Part shown: one piece after another, positions 11,629 through 24,722 of the stretch | Layout: each line of letters begins with the position of its first letter | Numbering within the stretch: the stretch's first letter is position 1 | Translations under genes and position numbers: made by a program | Notes under the pieces: generated by a model | Seen by the model: the letters and a program-made list of their open reading frames with translations, nothing else | What the model was told of the DNA's origin: nothing | The model's database searches: none | Source: Torpedo marmorata | Lineage: Eukaryota | Assembly: GCA_977017645.1 (NCBI GenBank) | Contig: OZ360243.1 | Location: forward strand, 62,620,001 to 62,684,000 | DNA length: 64,000 nucleotides | Direction: 5' to 3'

Positions 11629-12828
11629 TTACTTGATAATAACAGAAAAAGGTATTATTAGATATATTAAATTTATTCTTCATTTGTTCAAAGGTCAAAA
11701 ATTGACCTCTTTCAAAACAATCTTCAATATTTTTAATACCCTGTCGTGACCAAATCCTTAAAGATTGGTTATCTATAGAAAATAGAATGTCTATTCTGTA
11801 CTAAAGGCGTCTTCCTTGACAATAAACCTCTTGAACCTATTTCTTTATCAATCTTACACCGGATCTCAATCAAATGTTTCAAAATAGGGGTATCTCTAAC
11901 CCCAGTCAACAATTTAGAATTCCATTTATAAATAAAGTCTTATGAATTCATTTCTCCTATTTTATTGAGTTCAATATCCACCCAAGCGGGTTTTTTCTCT
12001 CGGTCAAACAATACATTAATAAATCTCAACTGGGCAGCCCTATAATAATTTTTTTTAAATTAGGGAGTTGCAAGCCTCCCAAATCAAACTTCCAAGTTAA
12101 TTTTTCCAAAGAGACCCTCGCCATTTTACCTTTCCATAAAAATTTCCTTATATTCATATTTATATTCTTAAATTTTTTTTTGATGTGTCCTAACGTAAAA
12201 CCTTTCTGGCTTGATGTGAGTAATTTATTACAACGAATAACAGGGATCAAATTCCCGAAGGATCCAATGCTATTTATGTTATGCAATATTAAAGGCATTA
12301 CACCTAAATTAAAATTAAATATGTATCAAATAAAGTTTGTAAAAATTACCTTAGCAGTATCTAGGAAATGTATTGCTGTAACTTGGAAATCAGATGCAGA
12401 CTTAGGAATGGAGAGATGGAATGTGGAAATTCGTAGTTGTATACCACTTGAGAAAATTACATATAGCTTAAGGAATAGATACCATATATTTTGGAAAATA
12501 AGACGCCCATATTTGCAGCATGTTGGAATGAATGTTTAACCATTTCTCTGGTTACCTCAATCCTTGGTGAACTCCCCTTTATTTCATGATAAATATGATT
12601 TTTGGAAAAGGACTCTATTGACAATCTCCAGTCTTTCTTCTTACATCTTGTATCTTTTTCCTTCTTTCTTAGGGCTTTAGGGGGAGGGGGGTGAGGGGAT
12701 ATATATATATATATACACACATACATACACATATATACATACCACATGTAAAATGGATTAGACTATTTTAAAGATTTGTATTGTAAATTCTATTTGTTGG
12801 TTAAAAAATAAAAAAATATTTATAAAAA
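11629..12828 (+). mobile_element. 5'-inverted L1 insertion
   Basis: 13-bp TSD AGAGGACTGACCT (11616-11628, 12829-12841); 11629-~12180 is L1 ORF2 on minus (GGLQLP); ~12181-12828 is the ORF2 end, 3'UTR and A-tail on plus. Confidence 0.92.
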
Positions 12829-14489
12829 AGAGGACTGACCTGAAGCATGAGCCGGTGTTTTTTAAAAAAAAAAATCTGTTCTGGGCATTGAATCGATAAT
12901 CTTCTAACTCTGGGCAAAAATGTTACAACTAAGCTGTGGCTGACACACTTTAATAAAATCATGGAGAGATGCAGCATGGAATGAACTCTTTGGCCCACTG
13001 AGGTTTGGATGACCATCAGCACTAGTTTTATACTAATCTGATGCGAATCCATTTGATTCTCCCCACATTTCAAACAATGCCTCTCCCTCTCACCGACACA
13101 CTCAAAACAATTTACAGTGGCTCATTAACCTACCAATCAAAGAATGTCAGAATCTATTGTCATGAACAGGAGACAAAGTGCAACAGCATCACAGGTGCAA
13201 ATATTGCTATAAATTACATTTTTAAAAAAGAATAAATTAGTGCAAAAAGACAACAAAGCCAGGTAGTGTCTGTGGTTCATTGTCCGTTCAGAAATCTGAT
13301 GGCGGAGGGGAAGAAGCTGTTTCTGTACCGTTGGGTGTTCATCTTCAGGCTCCTGTCCCTCCTTCCTGATGGTAGCAGAGTGAAGAGGGCATGGCCTTGG
13401 TGGTGGGGGTCCTTGAGGATAGAGGTTGCTTTATTAAGACACCGCCTCTTGTAGATGTCCTCGATGGAGTGAAGACTGATGCTCATGATGGCGCTGGCTG
13501 ACAGCAATGCAGCCAGTCAGAATGCTCTCCACAGTACACTTGTAGAAATTTGCAAGAGTCTTTGGTGACAAACCAAATCTCCTCAAACTCCTCACGAAGT
13601 ATAGCTGCTGGCGAGCCTTCTTCATGATTGGATTGACATGGAAGCTGCGGGACAGATCGTCGGAGATGTGGACACCCAGGAATTAAGTTCCTAACCCTTT
13701 CCACTGCTGACCCCTCAATGAGGATTGGTTCGTGTTCTCCTCATTTACCTCCCTCCTGAAGTCCACAACCAGTTCCTTAGTTTTGCCAATGTTGAGTACA
13801 AGGCTGTTGTCACAATATCATTTTGGGGACATGGGAGGACACTGGTTTATTGGGAGGAAACTCACGTGGTCTCAGGCAGCACTTACAAACTCCACACAGA
13901 CAGCAGCTCAGAGTCAATCCCTGACTGCCAAAGCTGCGAGCCAATGACTACCTGTTGCACCACTCTGCCACTCCAGGTTGAATTAAAACTGGATCCCATT
14001 TTACCACAGGCCAGACTGCATTAATATTGTTCTAAACAATTTCGAGCTTAACCTGTAGGGAAACCCTACTCTACATGGTTAGTGTAGCGGTTAGCGTGAC
14101 GCTATTACAGTGCCAGTGACCCAGGTTTGAATCCGGTGCTGTATGTAAGGAGTTTGTATGTTCTCCCTGGGTCTGCGAGGGATCTTTTGGTTAAGTCCCC
14201 TTTGAACTCTGCTCAAGGTTTATGGCCCCCCTTCCCTGTGAAGCAGTCAACTTTAGTTGGTTTCTTCCATACTTCTCTCCTACTGACTACACAAAAAAAT
14301 ATTTATTTTACGCGAGGTGAAAAGAAAACAAGGCTTTGATTCTGAGCGTAACAAACTGTGGCTTGAGATTCCAGAACTAATAGACAAATAGAAAATCATT
14401 CTTACTGAACATGTAGGAAAAAATAAAACATGAACATGCATATTATGATTTCCTCCCACCCTCCAAAACGTTGTAGGTTAATTTGGGTG

Positions 14490-15387
14490 TGTTACAAAAT
14501 CAAACCAGCAACGACAGAAGACGCAATGCAAAAGGGGTAAAATTGAAATTATTATTTATTAAACACAAGTAAACATATAATTTCACAACAATTAACCCCA
14601 CTATAAACTCTATTCTTATCTAAAAGGTGTATGTGTGTGTGTGTGTGTAAAGCCCAGACCATTACAGTCTGTGCCCAACCCTTATGTAAAAATGGAAAAA
14701 CTTTCCCCAAAAAACCCAGGTCAGTCATAAAAAACAAGTCAGTCAAAAAAAAGGATAATACAGTCGACAAAATCCACTCTCTAAGTTCAGGCTTCAACTT
14801 TTTCTCTGTGTCTGGTAGAAGTACTTCTGAATGAACGTTGGAGAGAGACAATGACTGTTTATGCTTACAAATACTTGTTTTCTTCTCTGATGACGTCCCC
14901 TTCTTGTAGGTTCATAAGGATTGCAAGTTCCAGATCAGTATACCACTGATTTAGGCGTATGCTTGAATCTCACAGCTAGTCTCGTTGATCTCACGCCTGT
15001 TCTCCACAGAAGTTGCTTTTTCTCAGAATTTCTCTGAGACAGGAGGCCATGTGCTATTCTGTCAGTCTTTCTCCTCTGACTTCGCACACGCCTGGATTTG
15101 GCTGTGTCTTGTAGCCTTGCAACTCACAACTGTTTCTGCTTTGCAGAGATCTGCCCCTGCTTTTTGCAAAAGTGAAACAAATGTATCTTGTCCCGTCTGT
15201 GTCTCTCTCTCTCTCTGGTCTCTCTCTGTCTGGGTACACCAAGAGTGCAACAATGTATCTTGTCTGGGTACACCAAGTAGCTGGGGAAGTTAACTCTTTC
15301 AGTACCTGGCCCCAGTGTATACTCCAAAAGAATTCATCCTTCCTGCTGACCGTCCGCAGTCCAAATGGTCAGTCATGGTCCATAACA
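14490..15387 (-). mobile_element. Solo LTR related to the Gmr1-like element, inserted in a SINE
   Basis: TGTTACAAAATCAAACCAGC...GGTCCATAACA, same termini as 53162-53852; perfect 4-bp TSD GGTG. Confidence 0.92.
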
Positions 15388-16486
15388 GGTGCAATTAGGC
15401 AGCACGGGTTTAAATGGCCAGAATCAGCTTCTACTGCGCTGTAAATAAAATTTGAAGAATGAAACAAGTCCTAACTGCTCTCACTAGAATCTTTCTTGCT
15501 TGAAGCTTTGTGAGGCACCATAATTAGTGAAATATGCCCACGTGCTCCAAGTATCCCTCTGTTGTAAAGTGATCAATAATATTTAAACAAGATGAGGACT
15601 GTGGAACATATGCAGCCCTGTACTAAAAATGATAAAACAGAACTAAGAGGATTCCAAACACTCTTGCGGCAGTTTGATGGACAATTTAAACCCCTCATCT
15701 TGGCTGCCTGGTTACAGATACTTTAAGCCTATTGTTTAAAGCATGCATATTTTATACAAGTACTTAGTTTGCACTGCAAATCCAGGTCACTGAACAAATA
15801 ATGTTTATGATGCTGATTATAAAGACTCTTGGAAAGGCAAAAATCTATTTCAAACAACTCAAAGAGACCAAAAATGGGAGATTCCATTTTTCCAAATCAG
15901 TTGAAGTCCATTTGTTCACAAGATTGGTTGGGTACACTTCCTTCTAACTCGCTCAGGGTTTGTCAGAGACAATAGTGGGCCACCTACCCGTCAAAACATA
16001 TGAGATTCGCCTTTGTTTATTTTTGCTTCAAAGGTAATCTCATTTAGAATTCCATTCACGAGCTTCTGCTTAGAATGTTTCCGCAGTCATTGAGAGTGCC
16101 AGTTTTTAAATCAAAGACTTGCTTCCTTTCTCTAAAATTATAAAAATTGGGTCTCTCTCGAAACAGATTAATAAAAACCTGCAATGCAGATCCATTGGTT
16201 TCTGCCCTCAAGAATCAAGAAAAACTGTGTACACTCAGCACTGAGAGGGGCTTGCCGTCAATGGAGGGGCAACAGCCATGGGAAGTGTTCAAATCCACCC
16301 AGAAGACGTTAGAGCCATAAGTGGCCCCAGGTCAGGCATGACCAGAAATCAAGCTCAGCCTTCAGAATGGGCCTCATTCTTGCCCATTGTTAATTGGAGT
16401 CAACGTGGGCTTTGGAAAGACTGAAATTGTCACATGCACAGAGATACAGCAAAAAGCATGCCAAACAAGTAGCTCACAAAAAGTAG

Positions 16487-16539
16487 CCATCCTCCGGTTC
16501 CATTTTAAAACCATCCTCCGGTTCCATTTTAAAACCATC
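16487..16539 (+). repeat. 24-bp tandem duplication
   Basis: CCATCCTCCGGTTCCATTTTAAAA x2 plus CCATC. Confidence 0.9.
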
Positions 16540-17144
16540 GAATACTACAGCAAAGAAACAGGTCCTTCCAGTCCGTATCAGAATATTTTTTTGCCTTGAA
16601 CCACTGACCTGCACCCTGACCATATCCCTCCATACCTCTCCCATCTATGTACCTTTCTTGGCAGCTCGTTCCACACTCCCACCACTCTCTGTGTGAAGAT
16701 GTTTCCTCCCTCCCCCCCAATATTCCCTTCAAAATTTTCCCCTGAACCAATGTCCTCTAGTTTTTCTTTCACCTAACCTCAGTGGAAAAAGCCTACCACT
16801 CTATCTACCCCACCATAATTTTGGATCCACAAAAATAAAAATGTTCACAGAAAAAGGGAACAAGATTAATGATGATAATAGTAGCATTTAACTTTAAATG
16901 CAAATTAAATTTAGAATGTCAATCAAAATTGAACAGAAGCTTCCCTATGGCAATCCATCATGCCGGTCACACCAGAGTAGTCCCTTAACTGTTCATTGTT
17001 AAGAGCGAGAGGAGAGCCCAGGGAAATTTACTTTGGAAGAGTCAAATTGGCAACAAATGGTGGAGACCACCTTCCCAAATCAAAAGAAATTGTATTGCTT
17101 AGAAAAATAGCCCAAGAAGATACATGGATAAACTGGGTTTAGAG

Positions 17145-17520
17145 CAGTGGTTTTCAAACTTTTTCTTTCCACTCACATACCACCTTAAGTAATCCCTATG
17201 CCATAGGTGCTCTGTGATCAGTAAGGGATTACTTAAGGTGGTATGTGAGTGGAAAGGGAAGGTTGAGAACCACTGCTCGAGACCCAATTGTTACTGAAAC
17301 ATTTTGCTTGAGAAAAATGGTCATTGGCCCATTTCTTTTGGAGTTATGAAACCGTGCACATAACGAGTCAATTAGGTACGATTAAAACAGTGGTTTTCAA
17401 ACCTTTTTCTTTCCACTCACATACCACTTTAAGCAATCCCTTACTAACCACAGAGCACCTATGGCATAGGGATTACTTAAGGCGGTATGTGAGTGGAAAG
17501 AAAAAGTTTGAAGGCCACTG
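17145..17520. mobile_element. Composite hAT (Charlie-like) MITE: two palindromic units plus spacer
   Basis: Units 17145-17275 and 17388-17520 with CAGTGGTT(T/C)TCAA ends; perfect 8-bp TSD GTTTAGAG only around the whole; single unit at ~22732-22867. Confidence 0.9.
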
Positions 17521-17802
17521 GTTTAGAGGGATGATGGGCCAAACGCAGGCAGGTGGGACTAGTGTGGGTAGTCAAAAGACAAAAATGCTGGAGGAACTCA
17601 GCCAGTCTCGCAGCATCCATAGGAGGTAAAAATATATTACCAACGTTTCGGACCTGAGCCCTTCCTCAAGGTATGAGTGAAAATAGATAAGCACCTGAAT
17701 TAAAGGCTGGGGAAAGAAAGGGAGGGGAATGGGAGTACAGACCAACAGACAAAAGGTGTTAATTGGATATAAGAGCAAAGGTGAGAATTGATTTTTGGCT
17801 CT

Positions 17803-20800
17803 TGTAATATTACAAAGTTATTCTTTAATTGTTAATGAGCTTGCATTCTCCTCAGGTCACCTGACCTCTCTCCCTCCAATCAGCTTCTAGCTGCTGCCCC
17901 GCCCCTTTCTTTTAAATTCTAACTGCTGCCGTTAGAATTTGGAAGGTGTTGTATGAGCTAAGTAGTTTTCATTTCTCATTTTCAACTGTAACTATACAAT
18001 TAAGTTGAGTAAAGCTTGGAAAACAGTCACCAAGTCTTTTCATTCTCACCAGAATTTACTCAAATTAATTGTCAAGCATGGAGACGGCGTGGAGGCCCAA
18101 GTACTTAGACATCGACCCCAGCTCACCAACAGCTGCCAAGGAGTGGCAACACTGGCGTACGATTTTCATGAACTACGTCGACGACTATAGGGACAAGATA
18201 CCGAACAAGTACAGAACACTATTAGGCTGTGAGAGCTGCAACATTTTCGAATACATAGAAGGATGTGAAAATTTTGACTCAGCTATCTCTAAGTTGGACA
18301 GTTTATATGCGAAAACTCCCAATGAGGTTTTTGCCAGACATTTACTGGCGACCAGGCAGCAGAAACCAGGAGAATCATTAGATGATTTCTTCAGGGAGTT
18401 GGAAAAATTAAAGAGAAACTGTAATTTTCGAGATCATAGTGTGGAGCAGTGTGGTAACAAGGCAATGCGTGACGCGTTCATCGCTGGCATTGCCTCACCT
18501 GCAATACGCCAGCATCTCTTAGAAAACAAAACACTGGACTTAGACTTCTTATAACCAAGCTACTGCGTTAGACGTAGCTCAACGCAATAATGATGCATAC
18601 GCTACCCCAGCGGCCCATACAGCTGCAGTAGTGAACCCTGAACCACCACAGGTACCGCAGGTATGTGAGAAGGATTATTTAGCAGGGCTGCCTGATAACC
18701 TTCCAGTTGCTCTTGAGAAACCAGCTGTGGCTGCCACTTATAATACAAAACGGAAATGTTTCTTCTGTGGTTTCTCTTACCATTCACGGGATAACTGTCC
18801 AGCACGCGAGGCTACTTGTAATAAATGTGCCAAGAAGGGACATTATGCCCGGGTGTGCAAATCCAAGGCCTCACCAAGCTTAGTGGCAACAGTGGTCAAT
18901 TCTCATGTACTGGCTACATTTATTAATGTGCCACAAGGAATCGCTCAAGCCGCAACCTTTGTGACTGTGAATGGTAAAAGGTTAAGTGCTCTGCTGGATT
19001 CATGCAGCACTAATAGTTACATTAGCGATAAAGTCACACGGGAACTAAACCTAAAGGTTCACCCATCCAGTAAAGACATTACTATGACTCAGAAAACTTT
19101 AAACACTAGTTCCCAAGGATATGTTGTTGTTGACCTAACTCTTAGTCTTAATAGCCAGTCATACGCTGCCACACGACGGTGTATTGAAGGACCTATGTTC
19201 TGACTTAATACTTGGCCAGGATTTCCAGCGCCAGCATCTGATTGTGAAATTTGAATACGGAGGACCTTTGTCTGAGCTAACTGTGAATGGTGCTGATCAT
19301 TACTGTGCACTGACAGCAGCAAAAATAGAAGAGCCATCCCTTTTTCCAAACTTATCACCAAGCTGTAAACCAATTGCTACCAAATCAAGACGCTTTAGCA
19401 AAGATGATCAGGACTTCATTGCAGAGGAAATTCGTCAATTACTTTCAGAAGGCATAATTGAGATGTGCATATCACCATGGTGAGCCCAAGTGGTAGTGGT
19501 GAAGGATCCTACCCACCGACACAAGAAGCGAATGTGTGTGGATTATTCACAGACAATCAATCAATACAGGGAATTGGATGCTTACCCCTTGCCAAGGATT
19601 GACGAAATGCTGAATGAACTTGCAAAATATAGTGTGTTCTCTACCTTTGACCTGAAAAGTGCCTACCACCAAGTGTCACTGAAGGAGTCAGATAAGAAGT
19701 ATACGGCTTTTGAAGCCAATGGACGTTTATACCAATTTTGTAGGATTCCATTTGGAGTCACAAATGGGGTAGCCGCCTTCCAGTGAGCTATGGATAAGTT
19801 AGTTAGAGAAGAAAAACTGCAAGGTGCCTTCCCTTACCTTGATAATATCACTATTGCTGGACATACACAAGAAGCACATGATCAAAATGTAAAGAAATTC
19901 CTAAAGACCATCAGACAGAGGCACCTAACACTTAATGATTCAAAGACTGGAGTTTGTGAATTCCATTAATGTCCTTGGGTACTGTGTGGGGAATGGTATC
20001 ATTAAGCCAGATCCACCAGAAAATTTGCGATTCTTAAAAAGGGTATTCGGGATGTTTGCTTATTATGCCAAATGGATTCATGGGTTTTCTAACAAGATTC
20101 CACCAATGGTAAATACAGAGAAGTTTCCAATGGAGGAAAAGGCCCTGAATGCCTTTAACTTACTAAAGAGAGAGTTGGAGGAAGCCACCCTGCACTCGGT
20201 GGATGAAAACTCACCCTTTGAGGTAGAGCGTGACGCATCTGATGTGGCTATTTCTGCTGTCCTTAACCAAGGAGGACGGCCTGTTGCATTCATGTCAAAG
20301 ACACTATAAGGAAGTGAATTGCACTACCACATTGTAGAGAAAGAAGCGACTGCCATCATTGAGGCAGTGCGCAAATGGAGCCACTACCTGGCACGGCGCC
20401 ACTTTAGCTTGGTTACTGATCAGAGGTCAGTGGCCTTTATGTTTGACAGTAAAAAGCGTACAAAGATAAAGAACGCAAAGATTCAAGAATGGAGGCTGGA
20501 ACTTGCAGCATTTAGTTACACAATAAAGTACCGTCCTGGGAAAGAGAATGTGGTCCCTGACGTATTTAGTCGGGCGTACACTTGTTCAGCCTTTACTACC
20601 TCCACACTCACTGACATTCACAACGGACTTTGTCATCCAGGAATAACTCGGCTGCTGCATTTTGTTAGAACAAAGAATTTCCCCTTTTTTACAGAAGATG
20701 TCAAGAAGACTTGTGCTTTATGCAGGGTCTGTGCTGAACTGAAGCCTCAGTTCTACCACCTACCAGGAGGGACTCTTAGCAAAGCAACAAAACCTATGGA

Positions 20801-21947
20801 ACGGCTTAGTATTGATTTCAAGGGACCTTTGCCTACAGCTTCGCGTAACCCATATCTACTTACAGTAGTTGATGAATACTCGCGTTTCCCCTTTGCCTTT
20901 CCATGTCCAAATAAGCATACTACAACAGTGATCAGATGTCTGGATCTGCTATTTAGCCTATGCGGAATGCCAAATTACATACACTCTGATCGAGGCACCA
21001 CTTTCGTGTCTAAGGATCTGAAAGATTATCTCTCCCAGAAGGGGGTTGCCACAAGTCATACTACCCCATAGGGAATAGACAGGTAGAGAGGTTCAACGGC
21101 ATCATATGGAAGGCAGTCCGTTTGGACCTTAGATCACGTAACCTGCCAGAGAAACATTGGGAACTGGTGCTTCCTGAGGTATTACACTCCCAAAGATCGC
21201 TGTTGTGTACAGCAACAAATACTACACCCCATGCACGTTTTTTTGCATTCCAACGTCGCTCATCCCATGGAATTTCACTGCCCTCCTGGCTAATGACCCC
21301 TGGACCCATACTACTAAGGAGGTTTGTGAGGAGTAACAAGAACAAACCACTTGTAGATCAAGTTGAACTCCTTGACAGTAATCCAACATATGCAAACATC
21401 AGGTACCCAGATGGACGGGAGACTACTGTGTCTGTTCGTGACTTGGCACCTTGTCCAGAAGCCCAGGCAATCCCCACATCTCCTATTGTGGAACAAGATA
21501 AAAGAAATCTGGTAGTACCAATACCAGAGAAGGAGGAAGATATTACATGCCATAGTGTGGAGGATGATGAAACAGTAGCTCCACAAGAACGAAGGAGATC
21601 CGGTCATGTATCAAAACCTCCCAATCGATATGGATGGGAGTAGTCCCGTAAAGTGTCGCTTGATACTGCTTGTGTTTTATTTTTATAGGAGGGAAGAATG
21701 TAATATTACAAAGTTATTCTTTAATTGTTAATGAGCTTGCATTCTCTTCAGGTCACCTGACCTCTCTTCCTCCAATCAGCTTCTAGTTGCTGCCCCACCC
21801 CTTTCTTTTAAATTCTAACTGCTGTTAGAATTTGGAATGTGTTGTATGAGCTAAGTAGTTTTTATTTCTCAGTTTCAACTGTAACTATACAATTAAGTTG
21901 AGTAAAGCTTGGAACACAGTCACCAAGTTTTTTTCATTCTCACAACA
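17803..21947 (+). mobile_element. Ty3/Gypsy LTR retrotransposon 2 (compact, same lineage as element 1)
   Basis: LTRs 17803-18053 and 21699-21947; perfect 5-bp TSD GCTCT (17798-17802, 21948-21952); PPT AGGAGGGAAGAA 21687-21698; gag-PR-RT-RH-IN. Confidence 0.97.
18078..21643 (+). pseudogene. gag-pol: Gypsy-2 gag-pol, broken by stops and frameshifts
   Basis: METAWRPKYLDIDP; two zinc knuckles CFFCGFSYHSRDNC / CNKCAKKGHYARVC; PR LLDSCS; RT FDLKSAYHQ, IPFGV, YLDN; RH ERDASD; IN IDFKGP, HSDRG. Confidence 0.92.
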
Positions 21948-22959
21948 GCTCTTTTACAGGCGAAGAATTCTAAATCTGCTTTCGTATTGCATGAACGAAC
22001 TCCTTGCAGCAACCTACTCCTGTATCTCTCAGCCAAAAGCACTGGCAGAATGTGCCAGGCATTGGCAATTACTGTTGGGTTTGCACCATGATCAGTCTGA
22101 TCTGGTCTGTCCAAAATGCGTTTGGAGTCATCCAGCATGGAACAGGCCCTTCGGCTCAACTCATCGCTGCCAACCAAGGTTTAAGGTGAGAGCAGAATCA
22201 AGGGATTAATTAATTAGGAAAGAAATAAGCAGAAAGTATTAAGAATTACCTTGTTCCACCCACCGAGTGGTGCGTAAATGGCATAAACTGCCAGAGATTT
22301 GCACAATTTCTTACAAAAATACTTGCACAGACATAGATAGGAAAGGTTAAAGGGATACGAGACAAATGCAGGTGACTGAGTAGTCACCTTTAGTAACATG
22401 GCGTGCACAAAAGGACTGGAGAAACTCAGGACGCGCACTGCACTGTACTGGACCCCAACGCCTGCAGACTTCTTGTTTATACGGATGTTCCCCTGCCGTC
22501 CAACTCTCCGACTTCATGACACGATTCATTGATATCCCGAAGTGCAACGATCACAGTTTTGAATGAAATCGACCACTGAACCCTGGGGGAAAGAACTTGG
22601 AAGATTCGTCACTGGGTGAAGACACTTCTCCTGGTTATCAAACCCTCATTCTGAGGCCAGACCCCACGCTCAGAGGAAACGCCACCTCTCCTAGATTGTC
22701 AAGAGGTGAGACGATTGTCACGAGGAGAAAGCAGTGGTTCTCAATTTCCCCCCTCCCCCACCCTCATACCACCTTAAGCAATCCCTTACTAACCAAACAG
22801 CACCTTTGGCATCCTTTGACACCTAAGGTGGTATGTGAGTGGGGGAAAAAAAAGTTGAGAGATCATCCTAGCCAGCAACGGGTAAAAAGTGAGAGGAATA
22901 AAGATTTAACAATAATAATCTTATTGCCTTCCAACCGCTTAAATTAAATCAATATATTG

Positions 22960-24420
22960 TCAGGGTATGGGGTGCTTGAAGTCTAATCGCGCTGATAAAT
23001 ATGTCTGCATGGTTTACTCCAACACCACCCGACCAATACAAACTTGGTCCAGCGAGCGGACATCGGTCGCGCGTCGAACCAACTGAAACCTGCTACTGCC
23101 AGAAAAGTGCATGAAGTCCGAAATCTCTGCGGCGCTTTGGGGGGGGGGGGGGGGGGGGGGAGGGAATCAAATCAAATTCCGGTCCTAAAATCAAAAGTTA
23201 ACCATTTGCTAAAAACGCCCCCAAGGAAGGAAGAGAAGATCTCATTTCCCTGCAAATTAACCCGTCAAAGGGAGAGGTACTCCGGCAAATGAGAAAAAGT
23301 TGTTCATTATCCATTTTCGTTTGTTCAGCAATTATAGCCGTTTTGGGGGGGGGGGGGGGAAGAAAAAAAACCAAGGATATTCTGTGTGAACCTTAATGAT
23401 CCGCTAATTGAGAGACACATGCCTCTCAAGTCGCACCCACTGCCAGGCACGCGTTGTTCAAGATACCTCCAATTCATTCCATGTCACACCAAGTACAAAA
23501 TATCCTGGTTACCGACACGATCTGCGCTCCTGAAAGTCTGTAATTACAGCTGACAGGCTGCTAAAGGTAGAAGCCTTTAAGTAAAAGGGCAAGTGTGATG
23601 TGGTTGCAATGAAGCCGACAGGGATCATGGACACGGCTGCTTTTAATAAAGCCATTTGGATACATACTTAAAATGTTGGTCCTTTATGCGAGGTTTCGAG
23701 TTTAATCAGATCACCGCAGATATATCCATAAAACTCACGCATAAACTTTATAAAAAAAAAACGCATCCATATAGTTTGGACCTATCGGATTCTCCGAGAA
23801 AAGCTTTTATTTAAAAAAAACGTTTAAAGACCTTGTGGACAGGAAATCCGAAGCAAAAACAAATTTCAGGATTTTTAATGTCGGTTCCACCGATATTGAA
23901 CGCCTGGGGATTTGTATAAAACGCTTGCGAAAAAGTATTATCCCTGTTAAATGTACCACGCGGCGTACTATGGAATATTTTAGCCCAAGGAGAAGCCATT
24001 CGGCCCGTCTGCATGACCCTGCTCCTTTGGAAGGGATTAATTGAGACCTGCGGTTTATTTCTCCCGTCACCACCCGAAGCAATGATTTATCCAGAGGCAC
24101 GCGTGGAGCTGCAGATGCTGGGTTCCACAGCCAACTGCTGGAGCAACTCAGCGGCTTTGAGGAGACGGAGGGATCCCGACCCGAAACGTCGACTATTCTT
24201 GTTCCTCCCACTGATGCTCCTCGACCCGCTGAGTTCCTCCAGCAAGATGGTTCGTTTTTGCCCTCCAACTATTTACCCAATTTCCCGAAGAAACGCCTTC
24301 GATTTCGCTTCCATTGTCTCTCTCAGACGCGAAAACATTCTCCCGTACAGGAGCGCACGAGTAGATTCAACGCTTACTCTTTAATACAATTAAAAGGCTC
24401 ACGGTGCTTTCTGAGATTTC
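22960..24420. promoter_or_regulatory. CpG-rich, largely repeat-free island (candidate regulatory region)
   Basis: Visibly high CpG density relative to flanks, long G runs, homeodomain/TALE/E-box/Runx-like motifs at 23390-23660. Confidence 0.5.
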
Positions 24421-24569
24421 GGTCATATATAAAATATACCAACCAACCAGAAAGAATCCCAAGTCAGGGGTAGCTTTCTTTATTAAAAAACGGAGAGGTA
24501 GACAGATGGAGGCTACTATCCCTCACCCAAAAGCCAGAACAGCGAATTTTGTTTTTCTCATTAAGAACA

Positions 24570-24722
24570 TTTCTTGCTTGTTTGATGAAGGGCTCAAGCC
24601 CGAAACGTTGGTTATGTATCTTTATTTTTGCTATATAAAGTACACTGTTTGACCCGCTGGGTTTCTCCAGCATTGTGTTTTTACTTCAACCATGGTGTCT
24701 GCAGACTTTCGTGCTTGACTCG
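24570..24722 (+). mobile_element. Penelope pseudo-LTR fragment
   Basis: Near-identical to 59110-59260; related fragments at ~8440-8575, 17572-17800, 32128-32225, 53970-54490, 63785-63875. Confidence 0.75.
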
